The notes below the pieces were generated by a model. The model was not told the origin of the DNA. It worked only from the letters and a program-made list of their open reading frames with translations, and did no database searches. Made by a program: the position numbers and the translations under genes. From Laetmonice hystrix (taxonomy: Eukaryota): a stretch of 64,000 bases of DNA. Shown in pieces: positions 37,159 to 49,366 of this stretch. The stretch is taken from NCBI GenBank assembly GCA_965235115.1, contig OZ249446.1:16864001-16928000 (forward strand). Direction: 5' to 3'. How positions within the stretch are numbered: the first letter of the stretch is position 1; the number at the start of each line of letters is the position of its first letter.

Positions 37159-38189
37159 TTAACAGTGTTTAGCAAATATAAACTAGACACGCATGGTATT
37201 TTGCAAATACATGTACATGTAGGTCAAACGTTGACCTAGTTTTGACCCACTCTGATGCCAACCAACATCACATTTCCATTGGAAATAATCAGAAAGATAT
37301 TGGGAACAGTGTCTACTATATTCCCAGCAACGTTAATGGTCACAGATATTGTATCAGTGAACTTGTAATGATTTTTTCGAATGTTCAGTAATAAAGGAGA
37401 TATAAGCTATTTTATGATAAATATGCTTCACATTTTCCATTTAATTGTCAAATACAATGCTTAAAACAGCCCTAATGGTTAGTATTTTCAAAGGAATCTT
37501 TCAATATTCCGTTAGGCCATGTGATTACGTACATTTTTGGTCATGACCTAGTTTTTGAACTTTGACCTCGATTTCTGACCTAATTATGCAAAACTGAGAT
37601 GTCCAAACAAAATATTTGTAATCTGCACAACAAACCGCTCTAGAAAATGTTGTTTGGCTGCTTTTCCTCAAAAATGCCTACAGGACTTTCCTTTCCTGAA
37701 ATATGGCCCAGTCTAATGACTGATCAATGAAACATGGGGTCATCTCAGATTCAAGTGTGTCGTAGGCGGCTCGCTGATTGGTTGAATCCGAAGGTCAACC
37801 TGAGGTGACCCCTGATGGGACCGACAGCAGACAGAGAGAGAGCACATACAGCACGTGGCACAGCCGAGAGAGACGCGGGATTGTGATGAACATGAATGCC
37901 GCTGTTGCCATGGCCTGTAGCAAGTGTAGATTCATACAAGGAAGACCTTCATCCTCATCTTCCGATGCCGAGTCAGTTTCACTTTCAGATTTCAAAGAGG
38001 CCAGATGGCGGAATTAAGCGCAGAACAAATTTAGCATTGCTGCATCTACTGCACTATCAGCCCTCTCTTTGGTTAGTTTTTTTTCTTCTAATATTTGTGC
38101 TACTATACTTTATGTGTGTAAAATCTAAATAATATTTTGAGGAACAAGGGACAACTTCTTCCTTATAATATGTATTACACTAGATCTAG

Positions 38190-38490
38190 TAGGAGCAGGC
38201 CAACGAGTATGAAGATAAAGACTTGTAATTGTATGCTTGAAGAGACTCACCAGTGAATGGCCCAGGTGTATTATGACTCTATTATTACTATAATAATATT
38301 TAATTTAGATAAATAGCTGGATACTCTGTAGGAGGAATGCTCTGGGGATCTTCCAACCAACCTGATGTTAATGTGTAAGGGTCAGGAATACTTAGTTGTT
38401 TGGATCCAGCAACATTTAGTTTACACACAGCTTATCAAGTTGTATCACTGCTAATCAGCCTCCTCCAAGGACTTGACATATTATGAGAGG
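38190..38490 (-). pseudogene. N-terminal remnant of a SWIM/YqaJ-exonuclease-type transposon accessory gene (ISL2EU-like)
   Basis: YVKSLEEAD*Q*Y..KLNVAG..IPDPYTLTSGWLEDPQSIPPTEYPAIY...TPGPFTGESLQAY, resembling the DPY..W..D...P...Y.DI.YL..PS.YT.E.LKAYKSL pattern. Confidence 0.55.
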
Positions 38491-38497
38491 GGCATAC

Positions 38498-38730
38498 CTG
38501 GGCCCGTTTTTTTGGTTTACTTTTCCACCGTGAGCAAGGGTGAGCTGAGCTGAGCAAAGGTGAGCATGAGCTCATTCTCACCGTTTTCATGTTTTTTTGG
38601 TTTGCTTTTTTCCATGAGGCGTGCTCATAATGAGCAAGCTCGCAGAAAAACACCACAAAAAAACTCACCCTTGCTCAGCTCAGCTCACCCTTGCTCACGG
38701 CGGAAAAGTAAACCAAAAACCCAGGCCCTG
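38498..38730. mobile_element. MITE with ~70-bp TIRs
   Basis: ggtttacttttccaccgtgagcaagggtgagctgagctgagc mirrored by gctcagctcagctcacccttgctcacggcggaaaagtaaacc. Confidence 0.85.
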
Positions 38731-39020
38731 TTCATTTTCGATTCCTACTGAATACATGTTGGAATTAGAGAAATAAAGGAAAGTAAACATCTACTTCTTT
38801 TGTTATGAACTTTGACAATTTGTATACATGTACAATAAACCTAATTTATACTGCATTAACCTCCGTACTAGTACTATAACTATAAGTATCCTTTGCTAGC
38901 CCTATTACTATTAGCTGTTGATATAAAACCATTTTCCTTATTTAACTATGTCTACACTGCATGATGAATAACACGGTGTCTCCTTCTCTGAACCTACTAT
39001 TTGCTATACTAATACTATTA

Positions 39021-39451
39021 GGCCAAATAATAAAAAGTTACTTGTTTAGCGTCTGCCTCGTCAAATTTTTCCAGGTCCGGGGGGGGAGGTTTTTATTTTT
39101 TATTCTATGAATAGAGTGGCGGCGTGGCTGTAGGAAGAAGACACCCATGGTATTCATGGTCAGACGGCAAGTTAGGAAGGTATAGAAGACTATGAAAACT
39201 TCCAAGCTAGAATTTGAAGAAAAAAAACATGAACATTCTATTTAAGTCTTTGTTCAAGTGAAAGTTAAAGTTGTGCACATGTTCCACACAGACGACAGAT
39301 CAAAACATGAGGCTTATTTTATATTTCACAGGTCGTTAATGGGTTTACAAAGCACATTATTTTATTTTGTTTGTTTTTTTTTTAATAAAAAATTTTAAAA
39401 AAAATCCAGGTCGGGCAGGGACGCTAAACAAGTAACTTTTTTTATTTGGCC
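39021..39451. mobile_element. MITE with TTA TSD (PIF/Harbinger-like)
   Basis: TTA|GGCCAAATAA..AAGTTACTTGTTTAGCGTC...GACGCTAAACAAGTAACTT..ATTTGGCC|TTA. Confidence 0.8.
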
Positions 39452-39626
39452 TTACGCTGAATGTTGGGCTAGGCTGCAAGAGTACAGCTTAGGCTTTAGT
39501 TTAGCCTTTTACTTTTGTCTTTAGCCTAGCCCTAGGCATTTTATTCTTTTACTATATTAGGCATAGAGCGGCTACACCTACAGTACACAATTTACAAGTA
39601 CTGGGCCCAACACTACTCAATAAAAT

Positions 39627-39906
39627 CCAGGGGCGGATCCAGGATTTTGGAAAAGGGGGGGCCGGTTGGAATTAAAGGGGGGGCCGAGCCCTAGTAGGGG
39701 CTCCGGGTGCATGCCCCCGGACAATTTTAAACATCTAGAGTCTCTGAAATGGCATTTCCTGAAATTTCCTGCATTCTGAGAAAGCAAAATGTTTGCTTTT
39801 ACAGTTACAAAAACAACAAAATTTTGCCTTTTTTCTGATTGGTACCCTAACGAAGGGGGGGGGGGGGCGCGGCCCCCTCGCCCCCCCCCCCTGAATCCGC
39901 CCCTGG
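39627..39906. mobile_element. MITE with CAGGGGCGGAT(C/T)CAG TIRs
   Basis: ccaggggcggatccagg...cctgaatccgcccctgg; similar architecture to 33783-33967. Confidence 0.75.
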
Positions 39907-41042
39907 AATCTAGGTGTAGTGGATGATCTACGATGTACATGTAGTATAGTATAGATCTCACAGAATCCTACCATCTACTACTCTAGCAGTCTGGGTGCTA
40001 AGAAGAAAAATCAGCCGTAGACTCTACCGGTCTGTGGCCGTAGCCTACGGAAAGGGGGGGGGGGCAGCCCCCCCCCCCCCCACGTTAGGGTTGTGCTATT
40101 CGCTGAGCTTTTCTCCTGTGAGGCAAAACCTTAGCGAATAGCACAACCCAGACTAACCCAGACTGAACGTTCGTTAGGGTTAGGCATGTTAGACGTAGAT
40201 CTAGGTATAGCTAGGCCTCGCCTTGGCCTTAGCCTTAGCCTTAGCATAGCCTAGGTTAGGCAGTGAGTAGGGGCCTCCGATTATTTGACGACTAAGTATT
40301 AAAATATACAATTTCATACGCTACAACTACTACTAAGCCTATTCCTAAGTATCTATTCTCTGGACCTGCTACATGCCTGCTGACAGACAGCGCATGTGTA
40401 ATCTAACGAGCACCATTCAAGCAGCCGGGTCCGTGAGCAGTGTCTTCGACGTGGGTGTGTTGACGTTGTGTACCGGAAGCTGTCTTGCCCCGCGAAAGTC
40501 GCGCATGCGCGTGGTGGGCGGCTTTGTTTGTAAACAACGTTTTCCCGTATTAGGTCTCTGCTCAATTCCGACAGTTCATCAGTTTCTAAAAAGTTTCCAT
40601 ATTGACCTTGAAAACCGTCCCAATAGTCAGAACACTAATGACGGCATAACGTCATGACATTACCTCATGTAACGTCATGACTCATTTTCAGATCAGAGTT
40701 GGTGACTATCAACATGTCCACCAAATTTGACTTTGATATCTTGAAAAACGACCGAGATACGACCCGTGTTTACTACTACTACATCTACTACGCATATAAT
40801 ACAGAAACCGAAACCAGACCATTTCTAGATCCCATCCCCCTACGATGGGGGATGGGATAATAAAAAGGCGTAATTTAGGAACGTAATTTTTAATAAGTTG
40901 GGTGTTATGTAACACTTATTCACACACCCCAACCCCTCCCTCTGTAACGCTTTGTAACGGAACCCTACATACCCAACCACCCCCCAAGCGTTACGTAATT
41001 TATGGACAGCCCCCAAGGCAGGGTAGAGATTTGCCTCTTCAC

Positions 41043-41286
41043 TTTATTACATTATCGGTCAAGATGGTATTACATTATAATAGCGTATTTTATTACATTA
41101 TCCGTCAAAATTGTATTACAATATCGGTTAGCAATTTTTCCCGGATTTCATTACATTATCGGTCGATTATTACATTTTTAGTTGGAGAGGTTGTTGATAA
41201 TGTAATGATAATGTAATAATTTATAAAATTTTGAGCTTTATCACATTATCGGTCAGTTATTACATTATCGGTTGTAACAGGCCCCT
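41043..41286 (-). repeat. Inverted partner of the 32675-32925 array
   Basis: Ends ...ttacattatcggttgtaacaggcccct followed by AT. Confidence 0.85.
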
Positions 41287-41664
41287 ATCTGGTATTGTAA
41301 TTCGCTACTGGATTTTTTTGCGTAGTATTCGTCACGTACGTTCGCTCATAAAAAAGAGAGCACTTCAGTCTTCACTGTTTAAGGGACATCGAAGTATTTC
41401 TATATCAAAACCATGTAATATGACTACCTCCATCTGTTGGCATTGTATAAATATCGTGTACTTCTTGAAAGTATTCAAAATAACTGTAAAACATTTCCGT
41501 CGCGTACGTTCGCTACAGATAAATGGTTGTGAAATGTATACTTGCCATTTGAGTATCTTCTCCAGATTTTAGCAGTAGATGCCTCACATTCTCGTCTTTA
41601 TAAATATTTCATATACGTTTTCTTGATTTCCATCTGCCACTATCGGAGAATAGGATTAAGACGT

Positions 41665-41800
41665 TGGTCGGGGTACGAGTTGGTCGGGGTACGAGTTGGT
41701 CGGGGTACGAGTTGGTCGGGGTACGAGTTGGTCGGGGTACGAGTTGGTCTGGGTACGAGTTGGTCTGGGTACGAGTTGGTCTGGGTACGAGTTGGTGAGT
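41665..41800. repeat. 16-bp tandem repeat (ggtcggggtacgagtt), ~8 copies
   Basis: Directly visible periodicity. Confidence 0.92.
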
Positions 41801-42418
41801 TGGTCAGGGTACGACTTGACCCGATCGAGGGGGGACCCCAAGTGAGTGTTAATATTAAGTCTATTATTAGATGTTATGTTATACAGAACAGATGGGTATA
41901 CTATAGGACTTGTCAGTCTCTGCTTCTCACCCCTAGGATCTGCCCCGCATAATGGGACACAGGCACGATAACCTATATCGGGAGCAAGGATCGGGGGTGA
42001 AGACATGGGGGTGGGGTGTATCCTTCAAGGCCAACAACAACAAAATGAGGGTGCATCAGTATTTGACTGGTGCATGCCTCCTATAATCTCGACCCTCTTA
42101 TCTCGACCCCAAGGTTATATTACGGGGTCAGTTTGGGTGACCACACGGTCACATTCGGCCTGAGCAAGACGCCAGAGGGCGCTCACGGGACGACGGGCCC
42201 TGACCGGGCCTTATGATTATACGAAATTTATCCGCTGTCTACGGTCACATTTGATACGACTGGCCACATGTATGGCACCGGGGCTGAAGTGGGTATCGAA
42301 GAGGCCAGGAGACGATATAAGAGAGGTGGAAATGATGACAGAATCCAGAGGCACACCTCATGAGGGCCAGACTTGTTGTGGCTATACATCATGCAGCCAA
42401 CGTACAGATGGCCCGCAG

Positions 42419-42589
42419 NNNNNNNNNNNNNNNNNNNNNNNNNNNNNNNNNNNNNNNNNNNNNNNNNNNNNNNNNNNNNNNNNNNNNNNNNNNNNNNNNN
42501 NNNNNNNNNNNNNNNNNNNNNNNNNNNNNNNNNNNNNNNNNNNNNNNNNNNNNNNNNNNNNNNNNNNNNNNNNNNNNNNNNNNNNNNNN
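42419..42589. other. Assembly gap (171 N)
   Basis: Run of N. Confidence 1.
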
Positions 42590-42700
42590 GCCTGATTTCA
42601 TGGAGCTTCCATAAGAGAAATACCAAGGTCATCGTTTTTGTGATAAACAACTTTCCAAACTCCATCGGCCCGAAAGGCATATGAAGCAGAGACTGTACGT
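42590..42700 (-). mobile_element. Possible DIRS-like RT fragment next to the gap
   Basis: HMPFGPMEFGKLFITKTM resembles the LPFGL..AP..FTK.M RT motif. Confidence 0.35.
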
Positions 42701-45159
42701 GGTACTTAAAGTTGTTCAGTTAAGATTTTTCGTACTGTCCACTGTCTTGCCCACTGTCTTATTTTAAAAGACAAAGTGTTTTTTTTAACAAACAGGCAAA
42801 CGGCGAAACAAGTGTATATGATGAGAGTATACAGTCACATAGACATTTTAATGCCGAGAGTTGTCAGTGACCAAAATCCCACTCCAGAGTGAACACTCCG
42901 GTACTACAAGAAAGAAATAGTTTTAAAGAAATATAGTGGCCCTCCAGGTACTGCTGGTAGCCTGGTAACACCCATAAACTCATGAACTTCTGGTGATCGG
43001 GTCCAGCTGGTGATAATGATCGGTCTTGGGTGTCAGACTGGTAGCGCCACCTAGTAGAGCAGTAGTACGAGGAAGTTGGTTAATGAAGAGTGACAGATCC
43101 GGAACAGAAACCCGGGGGGCGTACGATGGCGCATAGGTTTCAGTTTTCCATATGGGATACTTCGTTACAGCAATTTTTAAAAAGTACCACCATACACATA
43201 AACACGTTTACAAACGTGAAACCTTGTTACTAGCAGTTTTTAAAGGTACAAAACCATGTATACACCATACAAATAAACAATTTTACATACCTTTAATATA
43301 CTTTTGGTAGTGTTTATATGTGTCCCTTATGCACAATTTTTTGTCTGCGACTGCGCAGTGAAACGGGTTTCCGAGGACAAGGTGACTAGCTCAGTCGGTG
43401 AGATCCATTTTGTGATCATGATGAGATGATAGGAAGCCCGGACGGGTTTCCAACAAACGTTTCATTTTTTGGTTTCATCCAACATGCATAAAAGGGGCAG
43501 CAATGAATCTTTTGGGTTTAATTTCTGCATTTCCCAACACAGCATATCCTTTACTGATTTGTAACATTCACCATGCGCTATACCCAAACCTGGACGTTTT
43601 TATATGTTGAAATGTTGACCTACTCAATCACTTTGCCTCGAAAGGCTGCCCGCTGGGAGATTCAATGCAGACTTGGTAGTGTGTCGGCACGAGCCTCGCA
43701 CATGTCGTCATGGGCTAGTGGCAGAAATTCTCGTACCAAACTGTCCCATCAGCCCCACTCACTTCCGGGAACGCCAGCAGCTGGAAGCCAATTTACAATT
43801 GTAAGCTTCACATCTCTGTGTCGGCGTGGATCTATCTGCCTCTCTCTGTCTCTGTCTCTCTCTGTCTCTGTCTCTCTCCGAGGCTCTCTGTCTAGGGAGA
43901 ACTTTATTAATTACCTGTACCTTACCCAAACCAAAGAAAAATCTTTATGGACGAGCCACATATAGCAAGAGTGTTGCTACTTTTCCATTCATGTATAGTT
44001 GTTAAAGCGACCAATTAAAATTTGCAGTCAACCTTTGAAGGAAGGCTTCCATTGAAGGAAGTTTTGCTCTTCACTGAAAACTGACCCCAACCTTTCTTCG
44101 CTACGGGTCTGCTGATCAGCCGACAATTTTATCTCCAAATTTTCCGACAAACCTGTCGACACATTTTTATACATTGAAGTATTTCCTCTAAACACATTTC
44201 TTCCAGTTATTGGCAGACCTACCAACTCTCACGCATTGAAGGTGAGACTCACGCATTCAACATCATCTCACTCTAACTCAGCCATGCTAAATTCTCACAC
44301 TGTGACAATCAGATATTCACCAAAGGTCCTAAAATGTAGTAAGAATATAGTTCTCTGACTCATGTGACTGAGACTTCAAAGTTTATGTTATATAATGTCG
44401 CGCCACCCAGTGGCCTACATGCATGGCGTGTTTTATCAGGCATGTCACCAGATCAGCCAATAGAATCGCGATATTTGGTCGACCATGTTGTTGTAAAGGG
44501 CGAATGCGCACGCATTTCACGCTGAAATGGACACACTTCGCCGCCCTGCATTACGCCGCGTGTTTTACAAACTGACCGATAAACGTCAGTCATGATCCAT
44601 CAGCCTGGGCCCCACTGTACGAATATCAGTTAATCGGTGATGTTTCCGAAATTCGGAAAACCGAGTCTCAGAAAATCAGTCAGATCGTCCTTCCGGGATG
44701 CGTGTGCACACTGCCATATAAAAAACTACACTGCAAGATTTCCGGACCCACTCCTTCGACGCCATTTTCAGCTGGTATCATGTGGCACACTCTCGCTTTC
44801 CGTTTGGCTGGTGCACGATCTGAAATTCGTACCTACCGATTCCACGTTCCTACTGTCCGACGCCGAAATTCTGAAGGTCTACTCCTCAGAAATTTGGCCA
44901 GAGTCTGACATGCCAGACTCTCCCGATTTTCTTTCATTCCGGATTTCTAGGCAACTGACTGCCCGAATTTTGTGTGCATATACTGTACGAAATTCGGGAG
45001 ATCGGTTGTGAAAAATCATGATCATGTTGAAAATAAGTTAGACACTTTTTGTGTTCGACATAGATGATGATTCGATGATTCATGCACATAATTGCGGCGT
45101 TAATTTGCCTCCTGTTAAAATACAACAGGACACAAAATTAATTGTTAAAAATTTCCCCT

Positions 45160-46728
45160 GGGATGGACGAATGATAATTGAGGAGGAAGCACGGGTCCGT
45201 ATGACATGCAGTTTTGATCAATTTCTACCAATGTCCCAAGAGTTCGTTTGACCTTGGCATTTGACAAACAACCACAAAGAGAGCAGAACATGAAGAGCTC
45301 TAGAAGCAGTTGTGAACACGACGTAGCCTACTTGTCTTCTGCTTCCAATTTAGAAACCTCATTTCCAACTACGGGCATGATAGGGGTGTATTGTCAACTG
45401 ATGACGTCCTCTTCTCCTGATGAAAATGTGGATCCCTCACTTGGGCTCTACATACTAAGATCATCGTTGTCGGCATCATTTACGCAATCGGTGTTAGCTT
45501 CAAATTCTGAGTGCATCTCGTGCGTGCGTCTCGTGCGTACAGACGTCAAATGGTGTCAGAAGCTCACACTGCACTCCAACATCTCTTCTTGTTGTTGTGA
45601 TCTGAGAACCTGCCAAATAATCAAAGGCAGAATTAAATTAAATATTGAAATTTTAATTTGAAGTTAAAATATATGCTATGATAACCATATTTATATTATT
45701 AGTTAATTTACGGTTTATATCAACATCTAGTCACAGACAACCCATTGAATACTTACCTCGACTTCGATGGGCCTTCCTGATACTACACTGACAAGTAACG
45801 GATCCTGTTTCAGGAACACACATGTCGTTGACGTTGTCAGAGGTATCCTCAACCAACGGTAGGCCTACATTCTCTGGCTCATCTGCCGTCATCTGAGATT
45901 CTTTCAAGATCTGATGACAATGGCCAATGAGGGAAAGTAATGAAAATAATGAATGGGATTCACAGTGACAAAAAAACAGTATTAATGCTGATGTAAAGTT
46001 CAGATATTATAGTGGAAGGCAAAAAAATACCAGTTGTTTAATTTTATATCGAATGATTAATGAAATTCATCCTAGACAAAGTTTCAACCATCTCACAAAT
46101 TTAAATTAAACTATAGTATCTCATAAAATGCCCCAGGCTAATGTAGCATAATGTTCACTGAAATTACAGATACATTACTATAAAAAAAACAATCATTTAG
46201 AAAATTTCAATCAATTAGAAATTTTCATTTCTAATTGACAATAATACTCACTCTCAATATTTCCCGTTTGTGAAGAGCCTGACTTGACCTCGATTTTTTT
46301 GGTTTCGGGTCTGTAGAGGTTGAAGGTTTCAGCTGATGACCCACTGACCTGGCTGTAGCTGTTGCTCCTCTGACCAAGCCTTGTGATGCTGGGCCTTTGC
46401 GGCGTTTCTTTGATAGCAAAATCCTCTCTTTCCTCAATTCGTCTTCGGTTGGTACCGGCTGAATGGTGGGCACTGCTGTGTCACACAGTTCCCGCTTCCT
46501 GCAAAATTTCATTTCATACTGTAGCAGATTTGAGAAGCTCTCTCGTGTAAAATGAGCCCCACACAACACTGTGTGTTTTGCCACACTACTCCCTGAAAAG
46601 TCGGCCCGTTTCACCTTGACAAAAGCTACCCATTGTCTTCTTCTGGCAGTATCTCGAGGAAACGTGTGTACACTGTGGCCTGTCAGGTCGGAGTTCTTAC
46701 AAAACTTCGCTACACAATAACGAACCAT
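45160..46728 (-). pseudogene. THAP-domain transposase gene remnant (Kolobok-like), three exons
   Basis: Exon 1 46728-46252: THAP C2CH (CVAKFC..W..LCGAHF..AVPTI). Exon 2 45910-45757 open with canonical GT-AG sites. Exon 3 from 45609 has stops, then LLELFMFCSLCG...GTLVEIDQNC as in Kolobok-type transposases. Confidence 0.7.
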
Positions 46729-48164
46729 TTTGACAGTACAACATGTATATGATACGTCTATGATGGTGTTGGTATAGGTCTGCATAGACTACAGCATGTT
46801 CCACAAAATGACGTCGCAGTCTTGGCGGGAGCGTGAGGGGACTTGACTGGATCTCGGGTTACAGATAAGCTAATTGCCACGCGGGGGAGGGTCAGGGAGG
46901 ACATAAACACCCGGAATGTCTTGAGAGGCTCCTAATAGAGGTTTTTGGTCTCCAGACAGTATTTACCACCTTCCACATCATCACTGACCATTAAGGCCCC
47001 TATATCCAAAACTTTTGAGGGATTCATCATGAGAATCAGTTGAAGAGCAGGCAGGGGGTGTTATGCTGGCCGAGCGGGGTGCAGAGTCCTACGACGTCGC
47101 GCAGCTGGGTGACTCAGATTCCAAGCGCGGTCGAGGCAGGGGGCAAATTGGTACGTTCTGATACCTGTCACACAGCATGAGATAAGCTCTGGGGTTCGAG
47201 ACTTGGTTACTTGGTCACTCTGTAGTTGACTTCAAATGGGGAGCATAGTATTTCCAAAATAAAACCTGTTGCCATGGACTTTAAAGGGTTAACCTCGATA
47301 ATGTGCAGAAAATAGGCTATCGATAATTACTTCCTCTTAATATATGACGGTCTGGTTGTTCATCTTATACCCTAAATTAGGTACAAATATCATCGCGTTC
47401 CTGTGCTTACCCCCCCCCCCCCCCCCCAATAGAGATAAACACCCGGGTAAAATTCAATGGAAAAATAACCGATTTTGCTCTGAGATTTCGCATGGAAAGA
47501 TACCCAAAATGAAGTAATTAGTGGCAGTATTCTATAGTTAAGGACTCTAGTATCATGCGGGTGTGTTCTAAGAATACCGAATTCAGAATTTCTTACCAGT
47601 TTACCTTCATTTAAAACATTCAAATCGAATTTAATACTGGTTTCTTGCTTAACCCACATATTAGTTTATACTAAGTATAATTCCTGAAACTGATAAACGT
47701 GATGTCAACATGACAGCTGTCAACATGGTTAATATTTACAGTATCCTATAGCGCAGGCTACTGTCACAATTTGCACACGTAGTTTTTTTCCAGATGAAAT
47801 ATACCATGTACAGTACTTCCTGTTTTGACGGATTCAATAATAGGACCTTTTTAGGGAGATTTTTGACGCTTTTAACAAATATATATATATCAGTATGTAT
47901 GTACATACTACTAGCAACGAGACTAGACAGTCTGTCTAGTCTCGTTGCTACTAGTCACTACTACCCGTGTGCCCATATTTTACCCCACCACCACCCCCTA
48001 CCAGTTCAATGACCTGTGGTCCAGCTCAACTATTGACGAGCATCGACCGAGTCTGTTGGCTTGAGACAAACCACGCTCCCTTCGAAAATATTGGCTGTAT
48101 CTACGGACAAGTCGATGACATCTCTTGGAGGACTCAGGAGATTGGAGAGGTCGGCAGGGTTCGT

Positions 48165-48735
48165 GTGACTGGATACAGGGGTTATATGACTGGATACAGG
48201 GTTTATATGACCGGGGACAGGGTGTGTATGACCGGCGGCAGGGTTTGTAGGCGGCAGGGTTTGTATGACCGGCGACAGGGTTTGTATGACCGTCGACAGG
48301 ATGTGTATGACCGGCGACAGGGTTAGTATGACCGGCGACAAGGTTAGTATGACTGGCGGCAGGGTTAGTATGACCGGCGACAGGGTTTGTATGACCGGCG
48401 GCAGGGTTTGTAGGCGGCAGGGTTTGTATGACCGGCGACAGGGTTTGTAGGCGGCAGGGTTTGTATGGCCGGCGACAGGGTTTGTAGGCGGCAGGGTTTG
48501 TATGACCGGCGGCAGGGTTTGTTTGATCGGCGACAGGGTTAGTATGACCGGCGACAGGGTTAGTATGACCGGCGGCAGGGTTAGACCGGCGACAGGGTGT
48601 GTATGACCGATGGCAGGGATAGTATGACCGACGGCAGGGTTAGTATGACCGGCGGCAGGGATAGTATGACCGGCGACAGTGTTAGTATGACCGGCGGCAG
48701 GGTTAGTATGACCGGCAACAGGCGTGTATGACCGG
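48165..48735. repeat. ~21-bp minisatellite (gggtttgtatgaccggcgaca family)
   Basis: Directly visible, with degenerate edges. Confidence 0.92.
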
Positions 48736-49020
48736 CATCGTTATCATCATTTTTGTGTTTGTTAAATGTCATGCAGGCTCGGGTGTTTTTACAGACGACT
48801 TTATGCATACTCACTCGATCACGTTCAGATATGCATATCATAACAACTGAGACACCGCTATTGAACATATTCTCTGTTTATCCTGAAAGTGTTTCAATGT
48901 TTATATGTCACATTTGTACATGCAAGTATTGGTATATCCATCGATAATCGTGGCGAGTTGATCAGGAAGGTTTTCCCGTGACTCGACGTGTGGGTAAACG
49001 ACAGGAAGTGGAAAGTCCAA

Positions 49021-49205
49021 TCCTGTGAATATTGGATGTATCTAGTGTATCAACCAGCAGCAGATTGGACAGCCCTTCTGTATCCTGTGAATATTGGATG
49101 TATCTAGTGTATCAACCAGCAGCAGATTGGACAGCCCTTCTGTATCCTGTGAATATTGGATGTATCTAGTGTATCAACCAGCAGCAGATTGGACAACCCT
49201 TCTGT
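49021..49205. repeat. 62-bp tandem repeat, 3 copies
   Basis: tcctgtgaatattggatgtatc... at 49021, 49083 and 49145. Confidence 0.95.
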
Positions 49206-49366
49206 CCTGATCCCTTTGTCCAACTCGATGATCTCTTGCCGCCCTGTCACAAAACGTGACGTGTCACTTGACGACGTGCCAAGAGCTCAAACCTACGTGT
49301 GGATACGAATGATTACAATGGTATGCCTAATATGATGGCACGGAGGGGCTGTCGGCACTTACTGTA

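Larger units (their letters stand above)
34923..37690. mobile_element. Non-autonomous DNA transposon with ~490-bp inverted arms
   Basis: 34923-35412 is the diverged reverse complement of 37199-37690; the interior holds a transposase-like fragment and a nested MITE. Confidence 0.75.

Noticed and set aside
37760-38020. Cys-rich or acidic ORFs (piggyBac CRD or PHD-like)
   Set aside because: Cys spacing is not convincing in any single frame.
42228-42684. ORFs spanning the N gap
   Set aside because: They are open only because N codons cannot be stops.
47055-47210. tRNA-like A box (TGGCCGAGCGG) and B box (GGTTCGAGAC)
   Set aside because: The boxes are ~130 nt apart and no cloverleaf can be drawn.
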